A DNA stretch of 64,000 nt from NCBI GenBank assembly GCA_934247225.1, contig CAKQJE010000009.1, positions 15,295 through 79,294 of the forward strand, given 5' to 3'. Below are positions 11,778 through 21,755 of this stretch, piece after piece. The translations under genes and the position numbers were made by a program. The notes beneath the pieces are model-generated. The model made no database searches. It worked only from the letters and a program-made list of their open reading frames with translations, and was not told where the DNA came from. Numbering within the stretch: position 1 is the first letter of the stretch; each line of letters starts with the position of its first letter. The DNA is from an uncultured Clostridia bacterium (GTDB lineage Bacteria > Bacillota > Clostridia > Christensenellales > Borkfalkiaceae).

Positions 11778-12416
11778 TCAGGTGTTTCCGGGGTAAATCG
11801 GAAGATCGAAAAATCCCGAACAAACTTCCTGAGTGTATTCCTGACACTGCGGAATCGTCGCGTAGCCGTAAGACGGAACGAGAAGTTCCACGGTCATAAC
11901 GACTTTCATGATGATAGTCACGCAGCACGAAACGGTGAACGTAGCCGTATCCGTGTAAATACCCTCGGGCGCGACTATCGAAACCACCGAATTTATCCTG
12001 TAAGGGATAATCGACGGCTCGGGTATGTACATAACGATATCCATATCGAACGAAACCGTGGAAGAAGCCGTACCGCGAACGCCGTTGGCGTCGGTATATA
12101 TAACTTCCATAGGTACGGTAACCGTAGCCTGAACTCTGCCGAAACGTTCTCTGTCGGGAAGACGATCGACGGTTACGTTGGTTAAAGTTCCTTCGTTTCC
12201 GACGCTTCTCGCGCTTAAAAACGTAAGCGGATATACGGGATTTGCGGGGTTAAAGTCTGTAAGAGCAAGCGTTACGCCTTCTTCCTGCGTCTGACGGATG
12301 CAGGCGTCGAACACTTTTTCCGCTTCTATACATACTTTTTCGCACAGCCCGTTCGCAGGATTACCGTTAATTCTGCCGGGGCATCTGTCCGATGCGTTAT
12401 TAGTAAAGAACGACAT
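11778..12416 (-). CDS. Hypothetical Cys-containing beta-rich protein
   Basis: 212-aa ORF with its own upstream gap and a strong terminator. No motif I recognise; 9 Cys including a CC pair. Confidence 0.6.
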   Translation of the reverse strand: MSFFTNNASDRCPGRINGNPANGLCEKVCIEAEKVFDACIRQTQEEGVTLALTDFNPANPVYPLTFLSARSVGNEGTLTNVTVDRLPDRERFGRVQATVTVPMEVIYTDANGVRGTASSTVSFDMDIVMYIPEPSIIPYRINSVVSIVAPEGIYTDTATFTVSCCVTIIMKVVMTVELLVPSYGYATIPQCQEYTQEVCSGFFDLPIYPGNT

Positions 12417-12488
12417 ATTAAACCTCCTTAAAACGCTCTCAGTTTAATATATGCCGAAAGGTTTTAAAAATGTTAAATATGTCGTTAT

Positions 12489-13319
12489 CTATATTTTATC
12501 TTTGATAAGTTCGGAAAGCTTGACGAAATCTTCCGTCGTTAACGTTTCGCCTCTTAAAAGAGGGGCGTCGGAAACCTCGGACACGATTTTGTCGGCTTCC
12601 GCTCTCGTCATTTTAAACGATTGCATCAGGTTATTCGAAAGGGTTTTTCTTCTCGAAGCAAACGCGCATCTCACCGCCGCTCTGTACGCTTTCGCGTTTA
12701 CGCCGGGATATTTGTTCCTGTCCATCGTGATTTTTACCACTGCGGAATCCACGTTCGGCGCGGGATAAAACATCTTTCTGTCTATATACAGGATTTTTTC
12801 GGCGTTCCCCACAAGGTCTATCCCCGCCGTTATCGCGCCGTAATCCTCCGAACCCGCTTTTGCGACAAGCCTGTCCGCCACTTCTTCCTGAACCGTAACC
12901 GTTATGCTTTTTACTTTTTCCGACTCTTCGACGAATTTCATAAGTATAGGCGTGGTTATGTAATAAGGAAGATTTGCCACAAGGCAGAATTCGCCGCCGC
13001 AAAGTTCCTCTATCTCCGCCGTCTTCATTTTCATAACGTCCTTGAAAATTATCTCGACGTTTTTGTACGGAGCCAAGCTTTCTTCAAGCACGGGGCGAAG
13101 GTTGTTGTCTATTTCGAAACCTATAACCCTTTTTGCTTTTCTTGCTATCGCGGCGGTAAGCGTTCCGCCCCCGCAACCTATTTCGACGACCGTATCTTCC
13201 GCCGTAATTCCCGATTTTAAGACAATATCGTCTAAAAGCGCGTCGTCGGTAAGGAAGTTCTGTCCGAAACGTTTATTAAAGCGAAAGCCGTTTTTTACAA
13301 GTATTTCTCTTATCTGCAT
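12489..13319 (-). CDS. rsmA: 16S rRNA (adenine1518/1519-N6)-dimethyltransferase
   Basis: FGQNFL motif and SAM motif EIGCGGGTLT. Start reassigned to ATG 13319 (MQIREILVKNGF...), which shares one base with the upstream TGA stop. Confidence 0.93.
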   Translation of the reverse strand: MQIREILVKNGFRFNKRFGQNFLTDDALLDDIVLKSGITAEDTVVEIGCGGGTLTAAIARKAKRVIGFEIDNNLRPVLEESLAPYKNVEIIFKDVMKMKTAEIEELCGGEFCLVANLPYYITTPILMKFVEESEKVKSITVTVQEEVADRLVAKAGSEDYGAITAGIDLVGNAEKILYIDRKMFYPAPNVDSAVVKITMDRNKYPGVNAKAYRAAVRCAFASRRKTLSNNLMQSFKMTRAEADKIVSEVSDAPLLRGETLTTEDFVKLSELIKDKI

Positions 13320-13912
13320 CAGCTTTCCTTGATATACTCCCTTACTCTGAGCGGTATTCCCGCTTCGTCGGCGATTTTCCTGCACTTTTCAACGTCTTCC
13401 TCGCCTATCACGTCAACGACCGAAAAAGTGACGTAAAGCCCTCTTTCCTTGCACTTCTTTGCGAAATCGATAAGCTCGCCGAAAGCGTCCTCGCCGAAAA
13501 CAGGACGACAAATATCGAAATATTTTTCCGCCGTGCATTCGTTAAGGCTTACGTTCACCTTGTCCACGGCTTTGGCTAAATCTTCCGTTATGTCTCTGCC
13601 GTTTATAAGGTTGCCCTGCCCGTTCGTGTCGAGACGGACGAGATATCCGCGCTTTTTAAGCTCCGTTCCGACTTCGACGATTTCTTTAAGCCTGAAAGTC
13701 GGCTCTCCGAAACCGCAGAAAACGACTTCGTCGTAATCCATTTGCGGAATTGCGGCGATTACCTCTTCGCTCGTCGGCTCTTTCGAAAGCCACAGTTTGT
13801 TGCCGAAATAGGACTCCTTCCCGTTCCGCACGCAAAAAGCGCAATCGTTCGAGCATCTGTTCGTAAGGTTGATATAAAGTTTTCCGTCAAGTTCGTAAGC
13901 TATCGTATCCAT
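13319..13912 (-). CDS. TatD-associated radical SAM protein
   Basis: CxxxCxxC motif (CSNDCAFC) near the N-terminus, 197 aa, located directly downstream of tatD. Confidence 0.8.
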   Translation of the reverse strand: MDTIAYELDGKLYINLTNRCSNDCAFCVRNGKESYFGNKLWLSKEPTSEEVIAAIPQMDYDEVVFCGFGEPTFRLKEIVEVGTELKKRGYLVRLDTNGQGNLINGRDITEDLAKAVDKVNVSLNECTAEKYFDICRPVFGEDAFGELIDFAKKCKERGLYVTFSVVDVIGEEDVEKCRKIADEAGIPLRVREYIKES

Positions 13913-13918
13913 TATTTA

Positions 13919-14683
13919 TTATATCCTGAAAAACCTCTTGAAATTGGTTTCGATAATCGATTGAGTTTCGGTTAAACCGACGCCTTTTATATCGGCGATT
14001 TTTTTCGCTATGACAGGTATTCTCGAAGGCTCGTTCACGCTTCCCCTGTAAGGTTCGGGCGAAAGATAAGGGCAATCGGTTTCGGTAAGAATTCTGTCGA
14101 ACGGAATTTCTTTTATTACCTCTTCTTTTTTAGCGTTTTTAAATGTAATCACTCCGCCGAAAGAAAAACATGCCCCGAGTTTAACGTATTCCCGCGCGAT
14201 TTCCGCGCTTTCGCCAAAACAATGCATTAAAAATCCGTTTTTCAAAAGCGATTTTTTATCCCTTAGAAAATCAAGCGTTTTCTTTGCCGCGTCTCTCGAA
14301 TGAATGACGACGGGAAGACCTTGCGCTTCGGCTGTTTCGAGCTGTTTTAAAAAGGCGTTTTCCTGCTCTTCTTCGGTCGATTTGTTCCAATGGAAATCGA
14401 ATCCGATTTCGCCTATGCCGACGCATTTTTTCTTCTTTGCTATCTCCGCGATTTTCTCGGGAATTTCGCCTTTAAATCCGCTCGCTTCGTCGGGATGAAC
14501 GCCCGCGGTGAAATACATATCCTCGTATTTTTCGGCAAGGGCGGCGGCTTGCGCCGACGAATCGAGATCGTACCCCGCGTTCACGACGGCGCCAACTCCC
14601 GCTTCGCGGTATCTTTTTATAACTTCGCTTAACTCTCCGCCGTATTTTTCGTCGGTTAAATGAGCGTGTGCGTCGATAAACAT
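13919..14683 (-). CDS. tatD: TatD family metal-dependent hydrolase
   Basis: Start reassigned to ATG 14683 (MFIDAHAHLTDEKY), which shares one base with the metG TAA stop. The N-terminal extension in the track ORF overlaps metG. Confidence 0.9.
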   Translation of the reverse strand: MFIDAHAHLTDEKYGGELSEVIKRYREAGVGAVVNAGYDLDSSAQAAALAEKYEDMYFTAGVHPDEASGFKGEIPEKIAEIAKKKKCVGIGEIGFDFHWNKSTEEEQENAFLKQLETAEAQGLPVVIHSRDAAKKTLDFLRDKKSLLKNGFLMHCFGESAEIAREYVKLGACFSFGGVITFKNAKKEEVIKEIPFDRILTETDCPYLSPEPYRGSVNEPSRIPVIAKKIADIKGVGLTETQSIIETNFKRFFRI

Positions 14684-16632
14684 TATCTCACCGTCGCTCC
14701 GTCCGGAATTTCGCCTTTTTCGGGCGAAACTATCGAAAGTTTTCCGTCCTTTTCGGCGCAGAGAATCATTCCCTGACTTTCGACCCCGCAAAGTTTGGCG
14801 GGCTTTAAATTGTACACGAGAACGACTTTTTTCCCGACAAGTTCTTCGGGGGCGTACCATTCCGCTATTCCGCTCGCGACCGTTCTCGTTTCCTCCCCGA
14901 CTTTAAGCGAAAGTTTGAGAAGTTTTTTGGACTTTTCGACCTTTTCGCAAGCCGTTACGAGAGCCGTTTTAAACTGTATTTTAGCAAAATCGTCAATGGT
15001 TATTTCCGATTTTTCCTGCTGTTTTTCTTCTTTTTCCGCTTTTTCCGCCGCGGCGACGTATTTATTCTTTATTTCTTCGGCTTTTTTCATTACTTCCGCG
15101 CCGTCGAGTCTCGCAAAGATAACTTCGGCGTTCTCGGAAACCTTATTTCCGTCGGGGTAAAGACCGAATTCGCCGAGTGCCGCGTATTCTCTTTCTTTGC
15201 AATTTATCTGCGAAAGAACCTTAGCGGAAGTTTCGGGCATAAACGGCGAAAGAAGGGAAGCCGCGATTGCTATCGTTTCGGTAAGGTTATACAAAACCTC
15301 TTTGAGTCTCGGGTGAGTCGCCTCGTCTTTCGCGAGAACCCACGGAGCCGTTTCGTCGACGTATTTGTTGGCTCTTCTTAAAAGCGTGAACACAACGTCT
15401 ATCGCGTCGGCAATGCGGAATTCGTCCATTAAAGCGCAAACCTTTCCGTAAGCGGAAGAAGCCAGAGATTTAAGTTCGTCGTCGACCGCTTCGGTCACAC
15501 CGCTTCTTTCGACTATTCCGCCGAAATATTTCTCGCTCATCGCGATCGTCCTTTTAACGAGATTGCCGTAAACGTTTGCGAGATCGCCGTTTATTTTATC
15601 CGTCATAAGCTGCCAGCCGATAAGACCGTCGTTATCGAAAGGCATATCGTCAAGCACGTAATATCTTACGGCGTCTACGCCGAAAACGGAAACGAGATCG
15701 TCCGCATACATAACGTTCCCTTTGGATTTGGACATTTTTCCGCCGTCCTGCAAAAGCCACGGATGCCCGTAAACTTTTTTGGGAAGAGGAAGCCCGAGCG
15801 CCATAAGGAAAATCGGCCAATAAATCGTATGAAATCTTATAATGTCCTTTCCGATAATATGCACGTCGCACGGCCAACATTCGTTAAATAAAGGAGAACT
15901 GTTGCCGTCTATGTCGTAACCGATACCCGTGATATAATTCGTAAGCGCGTCGAGCCACACATATATAACGTGCGCGGGATCGAAATCGACGGGAATCCCC
16001 CACTTAAAGGACGTTCTCGAAACGCAAAGGTCTTGAAGCCCCGGCAAAAGGAAATTGTTCATCATCTCGTTCTTTCTCGAAACGGGATAAATAAAATCGG
16101 GGTGAGAATTTATATAATCTATAAGTTTGGGAGCGTACTTGCTCATTTTAAAGAAATAAGCTTCCTCTTTGGCTTTCTTTACTTCTCCGCCACAATCGGG
16201 GCATTTGCCCCCGACAAGCTGACTGTCCGTCCAGAAAGACTCGCAAGGGGTGCAATACCAACCCTCGTATGCGCCTTTATAAATATCGCCCTGCTCGTAA
16301 AACTTTTTGAAGATTTTGCGAACCTGTTCTTCGTGATAAGAATCGGTCGTTCTGATAAATTTATCATAATCGACGTTGACGCATTTCCACACCGATTTGA
16401 TTTCGTCCGAAACCATATCGACGTATTCTTTGGGCGATTTCCCGAACGATTTGGCTTTTTCTTCTATCTTCTGTCCGTGTTCGTCCGTTCCCGTCTGAAA
16501 AAAGACGTCGTAGCCCTGTTTCTTCTTAAATCTCGCGATGCTGTCCGCCAAAATCGCTTCATAAGTGTTGCCGATATGCGGCTTGGATGAAGTGTATGCG
16601 ATTGCCGTCGTAATATAATATCTGTCTTTCAT
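14683..16632 (-). CDS. metG: Methionine--tRNA ligase with C-terminal tRNA-binding domain
   Basis: HIGH-type motif (KPHIGNTYE), KMSKS, a Zn knuckle (CPDCGG) and a C-terminal EMAP/Trbp111-like domain. Confidence 0.97.
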   Translation of the reverse strand: MKDRYYITTAIAYTSSKPHIGNTYEAILADSIARFKKKQGYDVFFQTGTDEHGQKIEEKAKSFGKSPKEYVDMVSDEIKSVWKCVNVDYDKFIRTTDSYHEEQVRKIFKKFYEQGDIYKGAYEGWYCTPCESFWTDSQLVGGKCPDCGGEVKKAKEEAYFFKMSKYAPKLIDYINSHPDFIYPVSRKNEMMNNFLLPGLQDLCVSRTSFKWGIPVDFDPAHVIYVWLDALTNYITGIGYDIDGNSSPLFNECWPCDVHIIGKDIIRFHTIYWPIFLMALGLPLPKKVYGHPWLLQDGGKMSKSKGNVMYADDLVSVFGVDAVRYYVLDDMPFDNDGLIGWQLMTDKINGDLANVYGNLVKRTIAMSEKYFGGIVERSGVTEAVDDELKSLASSAYGKVCALMDEFRIADAIDVVFTLLRRANKYVDETAPWVLAKDEATHPRLKEVLYNLTETIAIAASLLSPFMPETSAKVLSQINCKEREYAALGEFGLYPDGNKVSENAEVIFARLDGAEVMKKAEEIKNKYVAAAEKAEKEEKQQEKSEITIDDFAKIQFKTALVTACEKVEKSKKLLKLSLKVGEETRTVASGIAEWYAPEELVGKKVVLVYNLKPAKLCGVESQGMILCAEKDGKLSIVSPEKGEIPDGATVR

Positions 16633-16734
16633 TCACGCGACCTGCCTTCGTAAATTTCTTTATACGCTATTATTATATTATAATTTTACGAAAAAGTAAA
16701 ACATAAAAACGCACATTTTATCATAACTTGTAGT

Positions 16735-17292
16735 ATGAATTTAATTTTCACTTTGATATTCCTGCTTTCGCTCGTCATATTTTCCTTTTTCTCGCCCGAC
16801 AAAGCCCTTTCGGCTATGACCGACGGCGGACAGAAAGCCGTCGCTCTTTCGATGAGCCTTATCGTGATTTATTCGATATGGTCGGGCGTACTGCAAATCG
16901 CGGAAGACTCGGGAATTGTTAAAAAAATTTCGAAAAGGTTAAAGCCGCTTATTAAAAAACTTTTTTCGGATCCGACCGACGACGAAGCGGAAGATCTTGC
17001 CGTGAACATTTCGGCAAATCTTCTCGGAATGGGCGGAATCGCAACGCCCGCGGGCATTTCCGCAACGACAAAAATGTGCGAGAGAAAAAACTTCGACGGC
17101 GCGACTACTTTGTTCATTCTCGCGTCCACAAGCATACAGCTGCTCCCGACGACGGTTATTTCTTTAAGACAGGCTTTTTCGTCGGCTGAGCCGTCCGTCG
17201 TGTTTTTGCCGTCCCTTTTATCGTCGGTAGTCTGCACGGCGACGGGGCTTGGTTTATGCTTTTTATTTAAAAAACTTAGTAGTCGCAGATGA
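16735..17292 (+). CDS. spmA: Spore maturation protein A (nucleoside-recognition Gate domain)
   Basis: 185-aa membrane protein (WSGVLQIAEDSGIVKKISKRLKPLIKKLF), paired with spmB through a 4-nt overlap. Confidence 0.8.
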   Translation: MNLIFTLIFLLSLVIFSFFSPDKALSAMTDGGQKAVALSMSLIVIYSIWSGVLQIAEDSGIVKKISKRLKPLIKKLFSDPTDDEAEDLAVNISANLLGMGGIATPAGISATTKMCERKNFDGATTLFILASTSIQLLPTTVISLRQAFSSAEPSVVFLPSLLSSVVCTATGLGLCFLFKKLSSRR

Positions 17293-17804
17293 TGAAATAT
17301 ATTTCTCTCGTTATTCCGGTCGCTTTAATCGCGCTTGTTATTTATTCTGTGGTAAAAAAAGTAAAAATATACGACAGTTTCGCCGTCGGCGCGGGCAAAG
17401 CTCTGCCTTTGGTTTTTTCGATTTTCCCTTATCTCGTTACCGTCTTCATAATGACGGAAATGTTTAAAGTGAGCGGAATTTCGGATAAACTCATCTCCTT
17501 TCTCTCCCCGATTTTTTCTTTTCTCGGAATTCCGCCCGAAATAACCCCGCTCGTGATTTTAAAACCGTTTTCGGGCGGCGGAAGCCTCGCGCTTTTAAGC
17601 GAGATCTTCGAAAAATACGGCGTTGACTCCTACATATCCCTTTGCGCTTCCGCCGTTTACGGTTCGAGCGAAACGACGTTTTACATTTCCGCCGTGTATT
17701 TTTCCAAAGCAAAAGAAAAAAGGCTGAAAAAACCGATACTTATATCGCTTTTTTCAACCTTTGTTTCAACTGTGTTCGCTTGTTTTATTTGCAGATTTTT
17801 TTAA
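17289..17804 (+). CDS. spmB: Spore maturation protein B
   Basis: 171-aa membrane protein (PEITPLVILKPFSGGGSLALLSEI) immediately after spmA. Confidence 0.8.
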   Translation: MMKYISLVIPVALIALVIYSVVKKVKIYDSFAVGAGKALPLVFSIFPYLVTVFIMTEMFKVSGISDKLISFLSPIFSFLGIPPEITPLVILKPFSGGGSLALLSEIFEKYGVDSYISLCASAVYGSSETTFYISAVYFSKAKEKRLKKPILISLFSTFVSTVFACFICRFF

Positions 17805-19555
17805 TCGTCCACGTCGAGATTTTCGATAAGCTTTGCCTTTTTCTGCGGCTTGCTGTCACCGTGTTTAACGAAAAACATTGTAACGAACGCAAGAGCTACG
17901 GCTATCGTGGAATAATAGAACAACGGTTTCATGCTTCCCGCAAGTTCCATAATTCCGCCCGACAAAATCGGGGTTACGATCTGCGCCGCCATGGACGCCG
18001 TGTAATAAAATCCCGTATACTTTCCGACGTCTCCGCCTTTTGCGAGTTCTACGACCATCGGGAACGAATTGACGTTTATCGTCGCCCAGCCTATACCCGC
18101 CAGGGCAAAAAGAAGATTAAGGATGATTATGCTCGAATTTTCGTTAAGGAAGGTCGCTCCGAAGAACGCAGCCGTAAGCATAACCACACCCGCTAAGATA
18201 CTCTTTTTCCTTCCTATTCTCTGCGCGACCATTCCCACGGGGATATAAGCGATTATCGCCGCGCCCTGCGCAACGAGAAGAGTCGTGTTATAATCCATAT
18301 GAAGAACGTTCATCGCGTAAAGCGAATATTTGGAAGTTACGGCGTTATAACCGATATACCAGAGAGCGACCGAACATAAGATAAGAATTAAACTCCTCAG
18401 CTCGGGCTTTGAAAGCTTCTTTGTGGAAACCTGATCGACTTTCGCTTCTTCTTCCGTTTCCAAACCGTCGACCACGGAAGCTTTTTCCATTTCGTCGACC
18501 CATTTCGGTTCTCTTACCTTCCAGATAAACATCAGAAGTCCGACAACCATAACGAGACATACGGTGCCGATAAACGGCGTGTAACTCATAAGCTGATTAT
18601 ACGTTTTTCCCGTTCCGAAAACCATTCCGAGAACGAGGACAATCATTCCGCCCGCCGTTCCCATAAGGTTTATAACGGCGTTCGCCTGCGAGCGAAGAGG
18701 TTTCTCCGTTACGTCCGGCATAAGCGCGACCGCGGGAGAACGGAAGACAGCCATTGCGAAAAGAGTTATTAACAAAAGCCCCGCGAAAAGCACGAGCGTG
18801 AGCGGATTTTCGACCGTTTTCTGCCATGCGTAATCGCTTATCGAAGGCGTTATAAGGTTTTTATACGCGTTCGATTTGTTTACGTGAGACGGAATTTCGC
18901 TTCCGTCGGGCATTTTATAAACCGTTTTGCCGTTTACTTTTTCCGCCGAAAGCGCGTAATATGTTTTCGTGTCGGAATCGTAGCCGTAAACCGTTTCGGG
19001 TTTGTCGTGATCGGCGTTATATTCGGCGTTTATTCCGGAATACCACGCGCGGACTTCCGCTTTTTCCTCTTCCGTAAGCTCGTCGTAAAGTTTATTTTTT
19101 ACGATTTTAGCCGCGTAGTCCCTTATTAAATAAGTTTTCGGCTGCTCCTTATCGGTTATCGCGCTGTATTCGGCGTTCTGAATTTCGTAATTTTCGTCGA
19201 AAAGCATTTCGTAGCCGCCGTTTTCCGTAACGGCTCCGAGCTTCGCGAGCTGTGCGTTATCCGAAAAAGTAAGCCCGAAAAAGGACAAAGCGGCGATTAT
19301 TGTTCCGATAACTATGTAAGGCGTTCTTCTTCCGAAACGAGTTTTCGTTTTATCGGATAAACTTCCGAAAAGAGGAAGAAGAAAAATCGCGATGACGTTA
19401 TCGAGCGACATGATTACGCCGGACAACGTCTGACTGAGTCCGAATTTATTTACGAGCATCATCGGTACGATACTGTCGTACGCCTGCCAGAACGCGCATA
19501 TTAGAAAAAACGCGAATCCGACGAAAATCGTTTTCTTGTAATTAAGTTTCATCAT
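17801..19555 (-). CDS. MFS transporter (GPH/SLC45-like) with a very large extracytoplasmic loop
   Basis: The LPLFGSLSDKTKTRFGRRTPY motif is typical of glycoside-pentoside-hexuronide-like MFS proteins. 584 aa including a ~150-aa hydrophilic insert. Confidence 0.75.
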   Translation of the reverse strand: MMKLNYKKTIFVGFAFFLICAFWQAYDSIVPMMLVNKFGLSQTLSGVIMSLDNVIAIFLLPLFGSLSDKTKTRFGRRTPYIVIGTIIAALSFFGLTFSDNAQLAKLGAVTENGGYEMLFDENYEIQNAEYSAITDKEQPKTYLIRDYAAKIVKNKLYDELTEEEKAEVRAWYSGINAEYNADHDKPETVYGYDSDTKTYYALSAEKVNGKTVYKMPDGSEIPSHVNKSNAYKNLITPSISDYAWQKTVENPLTLVLFAGLLLITLFAMAVFRSPAVALMPDVTEKPLRSQANAVINLMGTAGGMIVLVLGMVFGTGKTYNQLMSYTPFIGTVCLVMVVGLLMFIWKVREPKWVDEMEKASVVDGLETEEEAKVDQVSTKKLSKPELRSLILILCSVALWYIGYNAVTSKYSLYAMNVLHMDYNTTLLVAQGAAIIAYIPVGMVAQRIGRKKSILAGVVMLTAAFFGATFLNENSSIIILNLLFALAGIGWATINVNSFPMVVELAKGGDVGKYTGFYYTASMAAQIVTPILSGGIMELAGSMKPLFYYSTIAVALAFVTMFFVKHGDSKPQKKAKLIENLDVDD

Positions 19556-19584
19556 TCTCCGTCCGTCAAATTATTTTTCTTCTC

Positions 19585-20298
19585 TTATTTTTCTTCTTTA
19601 TAATACACAAGTCTGTGACAGGAGTCGCACTCGACCAGGCTTCCTTTTTTCAGACTGTCGAAGCACGCCATAGGGAACTCCGTTCCGCATCTCGAACAGT
19701 GCGGTTTTTTCCCGAATACCTGAACGGAATACAAAACGGGGAAAATCTTGTCCTTCCGCTTCGCTTTGTAAAGCTCCATATCCTCCTTCGGAATTTCCTT
19801 TTCTATTTTTGCAAGCTCCGCTTTTATACTCTTCATTTCCTCTTCTTTGGAAGCTTTCAGCGCATTATATTTCGGAACGAACTCGCTGTACTGAGTTTTC
19901 GCTTCCTTTGTCTTTGCTTTAAGCTGAGAAAACTCTTTAAGCACACTTGCTATTTCCTTGGAAATAAGCTCGATGCCGTTCGCGAGATTTTCGATTTCCT
20001 CGCAAAGCGCCTGAGCTTTTTTCTTTACGTAACCGAGCTGCTCGGCGTCGTCCGTTTCCTCTAAATCGTCGTACTCCTTAACTTCCTCGGAAAGCTTTTT
20101 ATAAAGAGATACCGATTCGTTGTATTTGCCCGAAAGCTCTTCCGCTTTCTTTTCTAAAAGCGCGAGATTGTCGTTGACGTTTTTCAAGAAATTCTGAGCC
20201 GAAACGGCTTTCTTTCTCTCTTCGCTCTGGGATATTCCCGTTTCGATTTCGCGAAGCTTTGTGTCTACGCTTTGATATTCGAGTAACTTATCTATCAT
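19585..20298 (-). CDS. Coiled-coil protein with C-terminal C4 zinc ribbon (COG1579 type)
   Basis: Long coiled coil followed by CSRCGTEFP...CDSCHRLVY. Conserved position next to nif3/trmK. Confidence 0.75.
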   Translation of the reverse strand: MIDKLLEYQSVDTKLREIETGISQSEERKKAVSAQNFLKNVNDNLALLEKKAEELSGKYNESVSLYKKLSEEVKEYDDLEETDDAEQLGYVKKKAQALCEEIENLANGIELISKEIASVLKEFSQLKAKTKEAKTQYSEFVPKYNALKASKEEEMKSIKAELAKIEKEIPKEDMELYKAKRKDKIFPVLYSVQVFGKKPHCSRCGTEFPMACFDSLKKGSLVECDSCHRLVYYKEEK

Positions 20299-20337
20299 TT
20301 TTTCACTCCTTTCCCCTCCGACGTATTCGCCTGAAAA

Positions 20338-21108
20338 TTAAACGAATCTTTCGTCGTCGAAGAAATAAATTTTCATATTTTTAAATTGCGCGGCGCAGCT
20401 TTCGGCAAACTTCTTCATCCCGTAATTTTCCGTTCCGTAATGCGTGCAGGAAAGAACGCAAAGCCCCCTTTCCAACGCGTGAAGAAGAACGTGATGCGGA
20501 ATGTCCGCCGAGACGACAAGTTCCGCGCCCGCCTTCGCCGCCGCTTCCACCTCTTCGTCTCCGAGACCCGCACCGCAAAAAGACGCCGCTTTCGTTATAT
20601 GCTTATCGGCGTTTCCGTATGCCCACGCCTTTTCAGTTCCGAATTCTTTTTTATAATTTTCGACGATTTCTCCGAAAGTTTTGTCGAACACTCCGACCCT
20701 TCCGTACCCCTCGCCGTTACCGAAATCGTCCAGAATTCCGATTATTTCTCCGCCGAGACCGCGCATAAGGCTATAATCGATACCCTTTTTCGCGCCGTCG
20801 AGATTGAGATGATTCGAAATCACTCCGATCCCGGCGTTCGCCGCCGTAAGAAGGGGCGAACCGACAAGAATATTTTTTATCGGACGATATATCGCGGGAT
20901 GATGAGTGACTATGACGTCGGCGTTTTTCGATATCGCGAATTGTACGCTTCTGCTCGTTAAATCGAGGCAGTATACCGCCGTTTTTACATCGCGCCCGGT
21001 TTCGATAATTATTCCGCTGTTGTCGTACGCGCCCTCGCCTACGAATCTGTCCGATATCTCCATAGGAGCAAGGCGCAGCATTTCGTTATAAAATTCAAGA
21101 AAATTCAT
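20338..21108 (-). CDS. Nif3-like dinuclear metal centre protein
   Basis: THHPAIYRP motif, 256 aa, and the sigA-trmK-nif3 order known from Bacillus. Confidence 0.85.
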   Translation of the reverse strand: MNFLEFYNEMLRLAPMEISDRFVGEGAYDNSGIIIETGRDVKTAVYCLDLTSRSVQFAISKNADVIVTHHPAIYRPIKNILVGSPLLTAANAGIGVISNHLNLDGAKKGIDYSLMRGLGGEIIGILDDFGNGEGYGRVGVFDKTFGEIVENYKKEFGTEKAWAYGNADKHITKAASFCGAGLGDEEVEAAAKAGAELVVSADIPHHVLLHALERGLCVLSCTHYGTENYGMKKFAESCAAQFKNMKIYFFDDERFV

Positions 21109-21755
21109 TTCAATATTTCCTTTAATTCGGCAACTTTTTGTTCGAGTTGTTCTTTTTCGGGATAACAGGCGTTGTTTGCCGCTTCCTCGAAAACTTTTAT
21201 TTTATCTTTTATAAAATCCTGAAAATCCTCGCTTTTTTCTTTAAGATTATCTCTTCCGAAAGCAAGCTCGGATTTTGTGTAAACGTCTTTTTCGTCCGAT
21301 TTTTCCGCAACGACAACGTGGTAATACTTCCAATCCTTAAAAGTGTAATCCCTTACGATTTTATACCCGTTATTTATCAGAAACAAACGAAGTTTTTCGG
21401 CGTTTTTCATCGGTTGAAGAACAAGCCTTTCCGGCTTATCTTTCCGCCGGGAAAGCATTGCCGTCATCACCTCGCCGCCCATACCGGAAATAAGAGCTTC
21501 GTCTACGTGCGGAAGATTATCGAACCCGTCCGACACGTATGCCGAAAATTTACCGCTATGGCTTACGGAAAGCCTTTCTTCGGCTTTTTTCAGGCATTTT
21601 TCGGAAATATCCGATATTATAACCTTATCGAAAATGCCGTCGTCGATAGCTTTTTCGGCAACGTAGCCGTGATCGCAACCTACGTCCGCGAACACGCCGC
21701 CGCCTTTAAGCTCGCCGTATAAAACGCTTAAACGTTTCGTCGGTAAATTATTCAA
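21105..21755 (-). CDS. trmK: tRNA (adenine22-N1)-methyltransferase
   Basis: [11 protein letters not shown] motif, 216 aa, directly downstream of rpoD. Confidence 0.85.
   Translation of the reverse strand: MNNLPTKRLSVLYGELKGGGVFADVGCDHGYVAEKAIDDGIFDKVIISDISEKCLKKAEERLSVSHSGKFSAYVSDGFDNLPHVDEALISGMGGEVMTAMLSRRKDKPERLVLQPMKNAEKLRLFLINNGYKIVRDYTFKDWKYYHVVVAEKSDEKDVYTKSELAFGRDNLKEKSEDFQDFIKDKIKVFEEAANNACYPEKEQLEQKVAELKEILK

Noticed and set aside
16633-16734. T-box leader upstream of metG
   Set aside because: Only ~100 nt separate metG from the divergent spmA start. That is too short for a T-box, and no T-box consensus sequence was seen.
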